Shown: one piece after another, positions 9,066 to 18,897 of the stretch | Layout of the letters: each line of letters opens with the position of its first letter | Position numbering within the stretch: position 1 is the first letter of the stretch | The notes under the pieces: generated by a model | Database searches by the model: none | What the model was told of the DNA's origin: nothing | Seen by the model: only the letters and a program-made list of their open reading frames with translations | Program-made: the position numbers and the translations under genes | IMG/VR virus record: IMGVR_UViG_3300021399_000117 | Coordinates: 1-64,000 of that record | Source: a virus | Taxonomy: Duplodnaviria > Caudoviricetes | DNA: 64,000 nt | Direction: 5' to 3' (one strand)

Positions 9066-10167
9066 ACTTCTGAACTCGGGTTTCAGTCGCGAAGAGAACT
9101 TTGATACCGTTGGGAAACTGAACGTTAGAGATCACTTCCTCCCCACAGTGCGGACATACAGCTTTGAGAGTCTCCTTTGGATTGATAGTGATATTACGAA
9201 TGATATCGGTCATCAATTCATACATAGGAACACTCCAGGCGTTGTATATCTTCTCAATCTTTTGAACCTGACGATCAAACTGCACTTCATCACGGGATGC
9301 TTTGTTGATCATCCATGGGAGGAAAGTAGAAACGAAAGTCTCATCCAGTTTCTTTTTGCGTTGGTACTGACGTTGAGCCCAATCGATGATAGCTTGTTGC
9401 TTTGCTAATGTCGGAACCCAAAGAGTAATAGGTCCTTCATCTTCTACACCATATTCAGCTGGGTCGATGTTCCATTCCATTGCATCAGAGTTCCAGTGTT
9501 TCTTAACGACATCCTCGTCCGGAAACTCATAGTGTAATGAACTGGAGCGGAGTTCGAATGTGATCTCTTCGCCACACTCTTGGCAGTTGTCTTCGAAGGT
9601 AATGGTTTGCTTGTTGGATGCGAAGGTTAGTTCACGTACCTTGAGAATAAACCAGAAGCGATCCCAGGTATTGATATGACTCCAGGAAATGACTTGTTGT
9701 CCGTCCTTAATACGAACACACATCTTGATGATTTCATCGAAGGTGTTGTTCATCTGGAGAGCGTTCTTCTCATCGATGCCAATCCAGTTCTTGATAGCCT
9801 GTACAGTAGCAGGACGAATATAGAACTCCCAGTCTTCTGGGTAGAACTCTGAACGAACTCCCATTTGTTCACGAACAATAGGCACCCATCCTTCGGAGAT
9901 AGAGGTGTCTTCGGACACACCGATGGTACGCGGTTCGTATCCAGGTATCTCCTCTACTGGTTCAGCCTGTTTGGACAGACGTTCTTTCATTCGACGCTCA
10001 CGCTCAAGAAAAGCGTTTTTTGAAGCCTCTTCCTCAGGAGATAGAGCCATTGGATTGTATGCTTTTTCATTTTTTAGTTTACCGAGACCATGTTCTTGGG
10101 TGGTACCTTCTGCACCAAGATCACCAATCTGCTCGGCTACTTGCTCGTACTTGTCTTTTTTAGCCAT
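9052..10167 (-). CDS. baseplate hub subunit/assembly chaperone (T4 gp26-like)
   Basis: YIRPATV, DRFWFILKVRELT, CQECG and CPHCG. Confidence 0.65.
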   Translation of the reverse strand: MAKKDKYEQVAEQIGDLGAEGTTQEHGLGKLKNEKAYNPMALSPEEEASKNAFLERERRMKERLSKQAEPVEEIPGYEPRTIGVSEDTSISEGWVPIVREQMGVRSEFYPEDWEFYIRPATVQAIKNWIGIDEKNALQMNNTFDEIIKMCVRIKDGQQVISWSHINTWDRFWFILKVRELTFASNKQTITFEDNCQECGEEITFELRSSSLHYEFPDEDVVKKHWNSDAMEWNIDPAEYGVEDEGPITLWVPTLAKQQAIIDWAQRQYQRKKKLDETFVSTFLPWMINKASRDEVQFDRQVQKIEKIYNAWSVPMYELMTDIIRNITINPKETLKAVCPHCGEEVISNVQFPNGIKVLFATETRVQKFGSR

Positions 10168-10252
10168 CTGCTAATTGAATTTATTTGCATATATTATAAC
10201 ACGAAAAACATGCGTTTGTCAAGAAAAATGCCTAGAAAAACCTGTCCTATCA

Positions 10253-10260
10253 TTATTATA
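10253..10260 (+). promoter_or_regulatory. putative late promoter TTATTATA
   Basis: About 22 nt upstream of the terminase ATG. Confidence 0.6.
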
Positions 10261-10281
10261 TATACAACAAAACGAATATTT

Positions 10282-12138
10282 ATGCCTGTTAAGTTCAATC
10301 CGATAAAGGAAGAAATAGATGGAAAGAAGGCACATCGAGTCATCTGGTCGACAGAGTCTTTGGGATTAGCACTCAAGGGATTGGAGCAAGGACGCAAACT
10401 TATAGCGAATCCATTTTATGAAAACAATACACATCTGACTAAAGGTGATCTGGTGTTCGAGCGTACCGAAGAAGAAACACTCGAATGGCGCCGTTGTCGA
10501 AAGGATATTCTTTATTTTGCTCGTAAGTGTAAACTGATGACTCCGGAAGGTATCAAGTTCGTCAAACTGCGTGAGTACCAGAAGCGTTATCTCAAACACT
10601 TACAAGAAAATCGTTTGAGTATATATTTGGCGTGCCGTCAGTGTGGTAAAACGACCACTTCCGCCATCTTCCTACTGTGGTATATATTATTTAATACGGA
10701 CAAAAATGCTCTGGTACTGGGTAACAAAGCCAAGACTGCTAACGAAATTTTGGACAAGGTCAAGAAGATTTATTTGGAACTACCATACTATTTGAAACCT
10801 GGTATCTATAAATGGAATGAGAGTGAGATTGTTTTAGACAATGGGTGCCGCTGTATGTCTGAGGCAACAACCATTAACTCGGGTATCTCCTTCACTTTCC
10901 ATTGTGTATTAGCAGATGAGTTCGCTCACGTTCCACCTACAATCCTTGAACCATTTTATAACAACTTGTTCCCTACTATTACAGCGGGTAAGGCTCGTTT
11001 TATCATCACATCCACTCAAAACGGATACAACCTGTTTTATCGTTTGTACAAATACGCAGAACTGGGTGTCAATGAGTACAAACCGTTTAAGACTGACTGG
11101 TACGAGGTACCTGAATGGAATCCGGATACACATACCTGGGAGGTTCGTGATGAGAAATGGCACCAGCTTCAGGTGGCCAACTACGGTTCAGAAGAAGCGT
11201 TCAACAAGCAGTTCGGTACCAACTTCGATATCAATGCGAACACACTTATCAGTGCCAAGTATATCAGAAAGATACGTCCACAAGCAGTTGAATTCGCCAA
11301 TCAGGTTATTCCGGGTGTGGAATATAGTGATCATTACTTCTGGGATCCGTCTTTCGAACCTGAGACAGACTTGCGCGCATCCCATATGGTCATCACTATC
11401 GATATTGCTGAAGGTATAGGAGGAGACTTTACTACGTACTGCTTCAACAAGATAATCGATAATGATGGAAACACCAAGTGCGTAGGTATCTTCCATGCCA
11501 ATGACTTGGATACAGAACAGTGCACCCGATCATTGCAAGAACTAATATGCTTCCATATGAATGCCGAACATACACTGGTGTCCTTGGAGACTAATCTATA
11601 TGGAGAGCTGTTCATCAAACAGTTGTTCGAGAACATGGACAAGTACGAAGGTACCCTCGGAGCCGTCTTTGATCCCGGTGTGCTGATTAAGTACTGGAAC
11701 AAGAACATGACTGAATATACGTACGGTCTGAAAATCACACCTAGCAACAAACCAAAAGGTTGTGTACTGTTCAAACAGGATTACGAGCGCGGACGTATCA
11801 TCAACAACTCCACTATGTTCTTAGGAGAGATCGAAAACTTCTGTGATTCTAAAGGAACAGGAACGTACTCCTCATCATTCGGTCATGATGACGTGGTCAT
11901 GTCCCAGATGCAATTGGTATTCGCCAAACAGACACTCCAATTCAAAAATCTGTTGGACGACTATACGTCAGGTGTGTCTTGGGCAGAAAACGATAAGATA
12001 TACAATCCGTACGATACTCAGGAAAACATGAAAGTAGCTATGAGCATGCCTACCGAAAGACTACCGTTCGTCAGTCCGTATGAAATGATGAAGGAATTGC
12101 AGCGCAGCAATATAAATCGACTAAATGGTCTGCGATAA
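10282..12138 (+). CDS. terL: terminase large subunit (T4 gp17-like)
   Basis: RQCGKTT Walker A, LADEFAH Walker B, ITSTQNG, DIAEGIGGD and GHDDVVM nuclease motifs; start reassigned to ATG 10282. Confidence 0.95.
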   Translation: MPVKFNPIKEEIDGKKAHRVIWSTESLGLALKGLEQGRKLIANPFYENNTHLTKGDLVFERTEEETLEWRRCRKDILYFARKCKLMTPEGIKFVKLREYQKRYLKHLQENRLSIYLACRQCGKTTTSAIFLLWYILFNTDKNALVLGNKAKTANEILDKVKKIYLELPYYLKPGIYKWNESEIVLDNGCRCMSEATTINSGISFTFHCVLADEFAHVPPTILEPFYNNLFPTITAGKARFIITSTQNGYNLFYRLYKYAELGVNEYKPFKTDWYEVPEWNPDTHTWEVRDEKWHQLQVANYGSEEAFNKQFGTNFDINANTLISAKYIRKIRPQAVEFANQVIPGVEYSDHYFWDPSFEPETDLRASHMVITIDIAEGIGGDFTTYCFNKIIDNDGNTKCVGIFHANDLDTEQCTRSLQELICFHMNAEHTLVSLETNLYGELFIKQLFENMDKYEGTLGAVFDPGVLIKYWNKNMTEYTYGLKITPSNKPKGCVLFKQDYERGRIINNSTMFLGEIENFCDSKGTGTYSSSFGHDDVVMSQMQLVFAKQTLQFKNLLDDYTSGVSWAENDKIYNPYDTQENMKVAMSMPTERLPFVSPYEMMKELQRSNINRLNGLR

Positions 12139-12154
12139 ACATATATATTAAACT

Positions 12155-12760
12155 ATGGCAACTGATAAGAAACCCAATAAAAACTATTCTCTCATACGAG
12201 AGATACGTAAGGATAATCTATATAAGAGTAATGTAGGACGGCGAAACTCCAAAGCACGTCAAGAGATTAACGAACAATGCGAGATATCTGGTCCCTCCAA
12301 GGTCATGCCGGGCCAGTTGATATCATTCAACTACCTCCAGCCAAAAACCATGGAAGAACTGGAGTACTATGATGCTATGCCTGTTACTATCTTCTTCGGT
12401 GTGTTTAATACAGATCAGGGACAGCGCATCATGGGATTCAACATTCATTACTATCCACCGCGCATCCGTTACCAGATCCTGGATCGTATATTCGAGATTT
12501 GGAAACCAATGTATTTGAAAGTTTGGGAAAACGGATTGAAAGGCGACCTTACACACTTCGACTACAAATGGTTGCAGATGCAGTTGGAGAACGCAGGATT
12601 AGGTTTTGGTGTTCGTATGTACATACCTAACCTTACAGGCGCCATACGAGTCGTGCCTCCTAAGTTGTGGGTGAAGGCCGTGTTTACCGATGGTGTGTTC
12701 AAAAAGAAAACACGTGATGCCATCCTTAAGTACTGGGCACAGTATAGAAAGAAAAACTAA
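12155..12760 (+). CDS. DNA end protector protein (T4 gp2-like)
   Basis: PGQLISFNY.PK...YYDAMP...GFNIHYYPPRIR. Confidence 0.8.
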   Translation: MATDKKPNKNYSLIREIRKDNLYKSNVGRRNSKARQEINEQCEISGPSKVMPGQLISFNYLQPKTMEELEYYDAMPVTIFFGVFNTDQGQRIMGFNIHYYPPRIRYQILDRIFEIWKPMYLKVWENGLKGDLTHFDYKWLQMQLENAGLGFGVRMYIPNLTGAIRVVPPKLWVKAVFTDGVFKKKTRDAILKYWAQYRKKN

Positions 12761-12804
12761 AGATCCAGAATCAACATTATATATTATATCAAAATCATTT
12801 CAGT

Positions 12805-13089
12805 ATGACCTTAAAAGAAATCATTTTTGAAAGTTCCCATGGTGTGATAGGTGCTACCTTCATCCTCCGTCGTAGATATTATGACGACCGATGGTATGGG
12901 GAACGCGATGGATACATGGAAGTCGAAATAACTGACTACCATAAAGGCGAATCAAACGACGCCTCATTGGTTAAGATCCTAGTGAAAACAGCGTTCCAAG
13001 GACACCATATTGGTAACCTCGAATGGCATGATACGAACTGGTGTTCTCAATGGGAAGTTGTCACAAGCTTATCTAAGTGCCCTATCTAA
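12805..13089 (+). CDS. hypothetical protein
   Basis: 94 aa, after a promoter-like motif. Confidence 0.6.
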   Translation: MTLKEIIFESSHGVIGATFILRRRYYDDRWYGERDGYMEVEITDYHKGESNDASLVKILVKTAFQGHHIGNLEWHDTNWCSQWEVVTSLSKCPI

Positions 13090-13090
13090 T

Positions 13091-13288
13091 ATGAAACAGT
13101 ACGTAACAGCAGAAGAGTTCCGTGATACTGTGTGTGTCAAATGTAAACACAGATCTGGTTTCTGTGTAGATAAACAAGATCTGAGTGATCCTAAGAACGT
13201 GCATTGGATGTATGCTTGTCCATGTTATTTTGAAATGAATCTTGAACGTTATAAGGAGGAGATGAGTCATGTGGCCGAAGATGACTAA
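13091..13288 (+). CDS. small Cys-rich hypothetical protein
   Basis: CVKC...C...CPC; ATG at 13091. Confidence 0.55.
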   Translation: MKQYVTAEEFRDTVCVKCKHRSGFCVDKQDLSDPKNVHWMYACPCYFEMNLERYKEEMSHVAEDD

Positions 13289-13766
13289 TAGCGAAGTGGT
13301 GTTCCGGGAGTTTCCTGATGAAGTGACTCTAGCGATCAACCTTTCTGGATGTCCTTTTCATTGTAAGGATTGTCATTCTCCATACCTTCGAGAGTATGTT
13401 GGTGAAGATGTCACACCAGAATTGCTGGACAAACTCATCAAAGAGAATCCAATGATCACTTGTATCGGGTTGATGGGCGGAGATGGTTACTATCAGATGG
13501 TAGAACGCATAGCCCGTTACTTATTCAAAAAGTATCCTCATCTCAAACTCGGATGGTACAGTGGTCGCGAGGCTCGTCCGTACGACATGTATACAGAGAT
13601 GTTCACGTACGTCAAGTACGGCCCGTACATACCAGAACGCGGCCCGTTGGACAACCCCAATACCAATCAAAGGATGTATTATAATCCACGTCCGACAGAC
13701 GATAACAATTACAGACATGTAGATTGGATAGACATTACCCATAAATTTTGGAGAGAAAATCAATAG
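13269..13766 (+). CDS. nrdG: anaerobic ribonucleotide reductase activating protein (radical SAM)
   Basis: FREFPDEVTLAINLSGCPFHCKDCHS (CxxxCxxC), MGGD, KYGPY, TNQRMY. Confidence 0.93.
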   Translation: MWPKMTNSEVVFREFPDEVTLAINLSGCPFHCKDCHSPYLREYVGEDVTPELLDKLIKENPMITCIGLMGGDGYYQMVERIARYLFKKYPHLKLGWYSGREARPYDMYTEMFTYVKYGPYIPERGPLDNPNTNQRMYYNPRPTDDNNYRHVDWIDITHKFWRENQ

Positions 13767-13770
13767 CAAA

Positions 13771-13806
13771 CACTAAAGATTTTCTCTTTTTTCTTATATA
13801 TATACA
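13771..13806 (+). promoter_or_regulatory. putative early/middle promoter
   Basis: CACTAAA-N17-TATATATATACA. Confidence 0.65.
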
Positions 13807-13824
13807 TATAACAATTTATAGGAT

Positions 13825-14085
13825 ATGGCATTTGAATATAATCCAATGGAAACTATCACGTACGAATTAGCAAAAGAAGCGGCTCGTCAAGTGCGCGAAT
13901 ACATGAATAACAAGACGCGTATCGTTGGACCACAATGGGTTTGGCCGACATTCGAGTTAGAATACGCACTTCAGGAATGGCACTGTACTGATGATCCGCG
14001 TGCAAAAGAGTTCGAAGAAGAATACGAGTACATACACAGATACGCTATGCACAACTGGCACATGTACGAAGATCGCGACTATTAA
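13825..14085 (+). CDS. hypothetical protein
   Basis: 86 aa, after the promoter. Confidence 0.65.
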   Translation: MAFEYNPMETITYELAKEAARQVREYMNNKTRIVGPQWVWPTFELEYALQEWHCTDDPRAKEFEEEYEYIHRYAMHNWHMYEDRDY

Positions 14086-14216
14086 AAACATCAATATATG
14101 CCAAGTATAGCTTATCGCATTTATCGAAATGGCAAATATGTTACCACAGTTTACAGTTGGTACGAATCCAAGCACTGGCGAGGAGAAAAAGGTATTACAA
14201 TCGAGGAGGAAAGACT

Positions 14217-14531
14217 ATGAGTGAATGCATCCCTAATTACAGCTTGTATCTTTACAAGGCAGGAGGTTTAAGTCTATATGACGGACATCCAAGAAAAAAT
14301 TTCAAGACTATCAGAGAGGCAATCGAGTACGCACAAAGACGGATAGCTAAGCTGAAGAGTATTTCCAAACCTGAGTTTTACGAGTTCTATCGTAAACAGC
14401 AGATCCTGGTAGTAGAGTACACCGATTCTTGGGTGTCACGAATCCGGGGTGTATTAACCGATGAAGGTAAGTGTTACACTGAGATTCCACTCCCAATCAA
14501 CCCTGAAGTATTACAAACAAAAATGATATAA
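14217..14531 (+). CDS. hypothetical protein
   Basis: ATG at 14217, in frame with the tracked ORF. Confidence 0.6.
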   Translation: MSECIPNYSLYLYKAGGLSLYDGHPRKNFKTIREAIEYAQRRIAKLKSISKPEFYEFYRKQQILVVEYTDSWVSRIRGVLTDEGKCYTEIPLPINPEVLQTKMI

Positions 14532-14682
14532 TCATATGGAAGACAAAACCTACACTGCACTGCGAGCAATTTATCAACACTGTTGTGACTGTCAAGACCT
14601 AGCAGAGTCTGTCGGAGATTGGTCTCTTATGGACACCTTCGAGAACCTTCGTAGAGAACTCAATCGCAAAATGTTCGGATAA

Positions 14683-14952
14683 ATGGAAAGTCTTAAAATG
14701 ACATTCAATTTTTATGATGATGTAAAAACGGTCGGTGAAGCAGTTTTACGTCTACATAGCATGCTCGATCTCCTTGAAAGAGAATGCATTGAGAAAGACA
14801 AAGGGAAAACTGCTACCGAGATGTTCATCTACATAAATGACATGAAAAATGAAGCCAGCAGAATGGTAGAACAAAGTAAGCAGCTGATGCGTGCTTCAGA
14901 CATTGAGCAATATGGACCACTGAGTAAATACATCAGACCATATCTCGCATAG
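14683..14952 (+). CDS. hypothetical protein
   Basis: 89-aa ORF. Confidence 0.6.
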   Translation: MESLKMTFNFYDDVKTVGEAVLRLHSMLDLLERECIEKDKGKTATEMFIYINDMKNEASRMVEQSKQLMRASDIEQYGPLSKYIRPYLA

Positions 14953-15035
14953 TAAAAAGGAATAAGTATCATGACATTACAAGATCTTATTGATTACGCA
15001 AACGAAAAAGGATTTTACCCAGACGAATAAAGAAT

Positions 15036-15260
15036 ATGGATGAGATAACAGACTTTAGAAATTTAATTGATCTTCCTTTAGATGAATTGCATCACATACT
15101 AAGAGGCAGGATCAGTGCTGCACTCAAATGTGCATTCATACTCGCGAGTCCTAAACATAACGACCCAGCGGGATGTTTCGAGTACAAACAAATACGCAAG
15201 CAATTAGAAAAACTCGAAGAACAGTTAGATAGCATAGAAAAACTGCAAAAGATAAAATAA
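15036..15260 (+). CDS. hypothetical protein
   Basis: 74-aa ORF. Confidence 0.55.
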   Translation: MDEITDFRNLIDLPLDELHHILRGRISAALKCAFILASPKHNDPAGCFEYKQIRKQLEKLEEQLDSIEKLQKIK

Positions 15261-15261
15261 T

Positions 15262-15432
15262 ATGGAAAAACCCAAACTACTAACTGTGCAACAGCTGTAC
15301 GACTATGCACGTGAACACAACATGGAGCACGCAAGACTTCGATTCGAAGACGGATGCAGTTACGATGTTGTAGACGCAAAAATCAGTTCATCTATTATGT
15401 ATCCTGATCAACAATTCATTGTACTATCATGA
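15262..15432 (+). CDS. small hypothetical protein (not in ORF track)
   Basis: MEKPKLLTVQQLYDYAREHN...FIVLS; fills the gap, ATGA overlap with the next gene. Confidence 0.55.
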   Translation: MEKPKLLTVQQLYDYAREHNMEHARLRFEDGCSYDVVDAKISSSIMYPDQQFIVLS

Positions 15433-15935
15433 AAATCACAGAGATGATGTACGGCAACCTGGCCGTATACAAAGGTAACGTTATTGCGGTAACAGCAGTT
15501 CATAAGCGTAAGATCGGTTTTCACGAACGCCCTGATCGAATGAAATGGGTGCATGCCAGTGAGCTAAAACTCATCCCTATCACAGAGAACCTCCTCCGAC
15601 TCATAGGATTCGTAGATGTTTCTTCTAGTATGCCTGGTACCCAAAAAGTATTCGTGATCCAGAAAAACAAACAACAATGGATCATGTTGACACCGACCCA
15701 GCAGGAAGGCATATGGCACATACGCATCCAAGGTCCTAAAGCAAATATGGACGGAGCAGCCGCGTTCATTCATGAGGTTCAGAATTATATGACTGTCACC
15801 GGATTGATGACTGTTCAAGAAAAACCCAAAGTAAGACAATCAAAGTTTCCTGTCCTGAATAGCAACGAAGGAGGCGGCGAGCCTGTACCAGAAGCTCAAG
15901 AACAGGTTATCATACCATTACAACCCAAACAGTAA
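15429..15935 (+). CDS. hypothetical protein
   Basis: 168 aa with LKLIPITENLLRLIGF and FIHEVQN. Confidence 0.7.
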   Translation: MKITEMMYGNLAVYKGNVIAVTAVHKRKIGFHERPDRMKWVHASELKLIPITENLLRLIGFVDVSSSMPGTQKVFVIQKNKQQWIMLTPTQQEGIWHIRIQGPKANMDGAAAFIHEVQNYMTVTGLMTVQEKPKVRQSKFPVLNSNEGGGEPVPEAQEQVIIPLQPKQ

Positions 15936-15936
15936 T

Positions 15937-16200
15937 ATGTATCAGATCATTTCCAAAGCTACCAACATCATTACCAAAGATGTACTGTACGAAGGTGTCA
16001 AGAAAGAGTATGAATCTTATTGGCAGGCGGCACGCGCCTTAAAACACATAGCACTACATCCTGGAGACACCTTCCATAAGACATGCACCTCGTATCGAGT
16101 GCCTGAAAACTACAATGAGAACATCCATGCCTATGTATCTTGGAATCATTGGGGAAGTATTCGCACCACATTATACATTAAAAAAGTAGGAACAGACTGA
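15937..16200 (+). CDS. hypothetical protein
   Basis: 87-aa ORF. Confidence 0.6.
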   Translation: MYQIISKATNIITKDVLYEGVKKEYESYWQAARALKHIALHPGDTFHKTCTSYRVPENYNENIHAYVSWNHWGSIRTTLYIKKVGTD

Positions 16201-16227
16201 CAAAATCATAAAAAAACTTTAAGTTTT

Positions 16228-16264
16228 CATTAAATATTTTCTCTCTTTTTCAGATATATATACA
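16228..16264 (+). promoter_or_regulatory. putative early/middle promoter
   Basis: CATTAAA-N18-GATATATATACA. Confidence 0.6.
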
Positions 16265-16291
16265 TAAAAGAACAATATAACATTAGAAGAT

Positions 16292-16501
16292 ATGAGTTAC
16301 ATCATTAGAATCACAGCACAGAGAGGAAAAGCATTAGAAGGTTGGTTTCACTTTGATTGGGGACGAGGACGTAAGTATCCTGAGTGGTGGGGAGTGTCTA
16401 TAGAGAACGAAGCCCATTCGATGACAGAGAAGCAGATGGAGCTCATCAGCGCAATGCTTAAGAACAACAATTATGAATTTCAGGTGATTCGAGTACTATA
16501 A
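16292..16501 (+). CDS. hypothetical protein
   Basis: 69 aa, after the promoter. Confidence 0.6.
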   Translation: MSYIIRITAQRGKALEGWFHFDWGRGRKYPEWWGVSIENEAHSMTEKQMELISAMLKNNNYEFQVIRVL

Positions 16502-16765
16502 GATTTGTACAGATTGACTTCAGAAAGAAGCTTTGGAAAGAACTTTCTATCAATTAAAAACATTAACATTTTATGGAAGAGAAAATTACAGGTTGGGTAG
16601 TAAAAGCAGATGGTTTACACGCTTATATGGGTGAATGCCCGTATAAAATAGATAGTGATTGGAATATCGCTTTATCGGAGTGGAGTTAATATGACTATAA
16701 CGAATTGTATTCATTGTCCCGTTTGTGGACAGTCACTCTATAACTAATAATCAGACAAGTAACAT

Positions 16766-17116
16766 ATGAGCAAGACATATTCTAAAAAGCAAAAGTGGAT
16801 CGAACACAATATCAGTCATGGATTTGGTCGCCCTGTAGACGGTAACGCATACTTTCGTCAGAACGCTATTAGTATAGCGCTAGTAGAGGAAAAACTCTGC
16901 AGACATCCAAATAAGACATCGAAAAAGTCTAGTCTCCGAAAGGAACTTTATTTAGCATTAGGACCTTGTAGTCCAGAGGCATATATTCGAAATTCCTGTG
17001 GGGAGATTTACGAACGTTCTTCTATGCGTCATTTGGTTAAGAGAGGTGCCATGCGTACGAGACGTTCCATTATCAAAAACGAAGCTCGAAAACTGATTGA
17101 CGAATTATACGCATGA
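16766..17116 (+). CDS. basic hypothetical protein
   Basis: 116 aa, K/R-rich. Confidence 0.6.
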   Translation: MSKTYSKKQKWIEHNISHGFGRPVDGNAYFRQNAISIALVEEKLCRHPNKTSKKSSLRKELYLALGPCSPEAYIRNSCGEIYERSSMRHLVKRGAMRTRRSIIKNEARKLIDELYA

Positions 17117-17304
17117 GTCAGTATAAATACTATATAGAAAGGAAACCAGATTACGGTTTCAAAAGCAATCACACATACGTTAACGAAGAGCGCCAGGAGG
17201 TAGCCAAACTGCACAGAGCGGCACGTAAATTTCAGAAAAGCAATGAATAAACAAATGGTAAATATCGAATGTGCTTCAGATTTGTGAAACAAATCAAGAA
17301 GCAT

Positions 17305-17541
17305 ATGAAAGTATCTAACATGAAGTGCTACTATTGCACAAAACAGACGTGGGAAATTGCGGAGCGTATCCATATCCATCGCAGAGGTACATGGAAAGGA
17401 CAACACGCGGAACCCTGTCGCTATAAGAAAAACAAAGGTATCAGTCACACGTCACGTCGTCTTATCAAGAAAGGTGTGTTCGACGATGTCGATTTAACAC
17501 AAAACATCAATATTTTATGGAAGACAATTTTGAGCGATTGA
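17305..17541 (+). CDS. basic hypothetical protein
   Basis: K/R/H-rich ORF; ATG at 17305. Confidence 0.5.
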   Translation: MKVSNMKCYYCTKQTWEIAERIHIHRRGTWKGQHAEPCRYKKNKGISHTSRRLIKKGVFDDVDLTQNINILWKTILSD

Positions 17542-17702
17542 GCGAGGACGATTTCCAAGATTACCGAACAGCGTTTCGCGTTATCAAATCACTCGAACGG
17601 AGTGACAAAATCGAAGCTGGATCTAAGTCTAGCTTTACTGTTGTCCACAACTATCTGGCGAACGTAATCGCACAATACGCAATCAACAATCTATAACTAT
17701 AT

Positions 17703-18035
17703 ATGCTAGACAAATTTATTGAGGGTCTTGAGATTCTCAAGAAACATGTCAAGAACGAGGAATGGGCTGACGCCCACGGAGAACGCGATATGGTCGTGGT
17801 GAACTATATCGACGTAGCATCTTGTACTGCTGAAGAGATTCGTCGGTTGAACTTCCTTGGGTTCATCCCTGGAGCGGATGGTGATATGTTCGAAAGTGAC
17901 ATCTGTCAGGTTCTCGCAGAAACAGGTGTGCCTCTTGAAGAAGACCAGGATTTTGAGTGGGACGATCTCACTGATGCACAATGGGATGCCCTGAAAGATT
18001 GTTACCACAATGACTGCTTCACATACTACTCCTAA
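17703..18035 (+). CDS. acidic hypothetical protein
   Basis: 110-aa ORF. Confidence 0.65.
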   Translation: MLDKFIEGLEILKKHVKNEEWADAHGERDMVVVNYIDVASCTAEEIRRLNFLGFIPGADGDMFESDICQVLAETGVPLEEDQDFEWDDLTDAQWDALKDCYHNDCFTYYS

Positions 18036-18422
18036 GTTAGTGTTTCGCATCGGATTGGGGTGTTCGAGTTCGGGTAAAATCTTGGACTCAGATACTACTT
18101 GGTTTACAGATGTGAACGAAGCAATAGAACAGTATGAAAAGACCAAGAAACCAATCTTTATGCGGATTAGTCACGGAAAATACTTGGAGATCACCCCTGA
18201 AAAGCTACACAGATTAGCAAACAAACCAAACACAAAACAATATGAATCAAAGAAAATTTTTGGTCCACTACAAATACAACGGGGAGGAAGGTACACAGAC
18301 TTTCGCCACCACTCGAAAAGCAAATGAAGAAACTTTCAGATGGCTCGTCAGATGTTGGCATGTGGATAGAGACAAAAACCTGCCAACGATTATCTATAGT
18401 TGGTCTTTAATCGAAGAGTAAT

Positions 18423-18818
18423 ATGCAAAAAGAGTTAAGAATACTGGATCTGTCGCTGACCTATCACTGGTACGACATGATCGCTTCCGGAGTCAAAAAA
18501 GAAGAGTACCGGGAGATGAAGGAGTTTTACTTCAAACGTCTGAATACTGATTGGCACTTACATCTTGAACAGGGCTGTTACAAAGGGTGTGAAGATTTCA
18601 AAATCGACCCTAAAAAATGTGTCGGATGTCAGAAATTTTTCGCCTTTCCTTACGACGCCGTTCGTTTCCATAGAGGACAGGGTGGCAAGTCATCCATGTT
18701 AGTCGAATGTAAGGGAATCCGCATCGGTTACGGTAAGCCTGAATGGGGTGCACCTGAAGACAAGCCTGTGTTTATTATTAGTTTAGGAAACATAATAAGC
18801 AGAAATGAATCGCGATGA
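18423..18818 (+). CDS. ASCH domain protein
   Basis: LSLTYHWYDMIASGVKKEEYRE, GKPEWGA, FIISLG. Confidence 0.85.
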   Translation: MQKELRILDLSLTYHWYDMIASGVKKEEYREMKEFYFKRLNTDWHLHLEQGCYKGCEDFKIDPKKCVGCQKFFAFPYDAVRFHRGQGGKSSMLVECKGIRIGYGKPEWGAPEDKPVFIISLGNIISRNESR

Positions 18819-18897
18819 AATAACCGGATTGATCTTGTACCTAGTATTACAATCTGCATTATTATTTATAATAACAATGACAGCATTAGGTTTATGA
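18805..18897 (+). CDS. 30-aa single-pass membrane peptide (not in ORF track)
   Basis: MNRDEITGLILYLVLQSALLFIITMTALGL; ATGA-coupled to the next gene. Confidence 0.45.
   Translation: MNRDEITGLILYLVLQSALLFIITMTALGL

Noticed and set aside
10090-10281. N-terminal extension of the terminase in the ORF track
   Set aside because: It overlaps the divergent gene and the promoter region; ATG 10282 after TTATTATA is more plausible. Similar trimming was applied to several other ORFs.
14971-15030. 19-codon ORF MTLQDLIDYANEKGFYPDE, similar to the start of the 15262 protein
   Set aside because: Too short to tell a truncated paralogue from chance similarity; not called.
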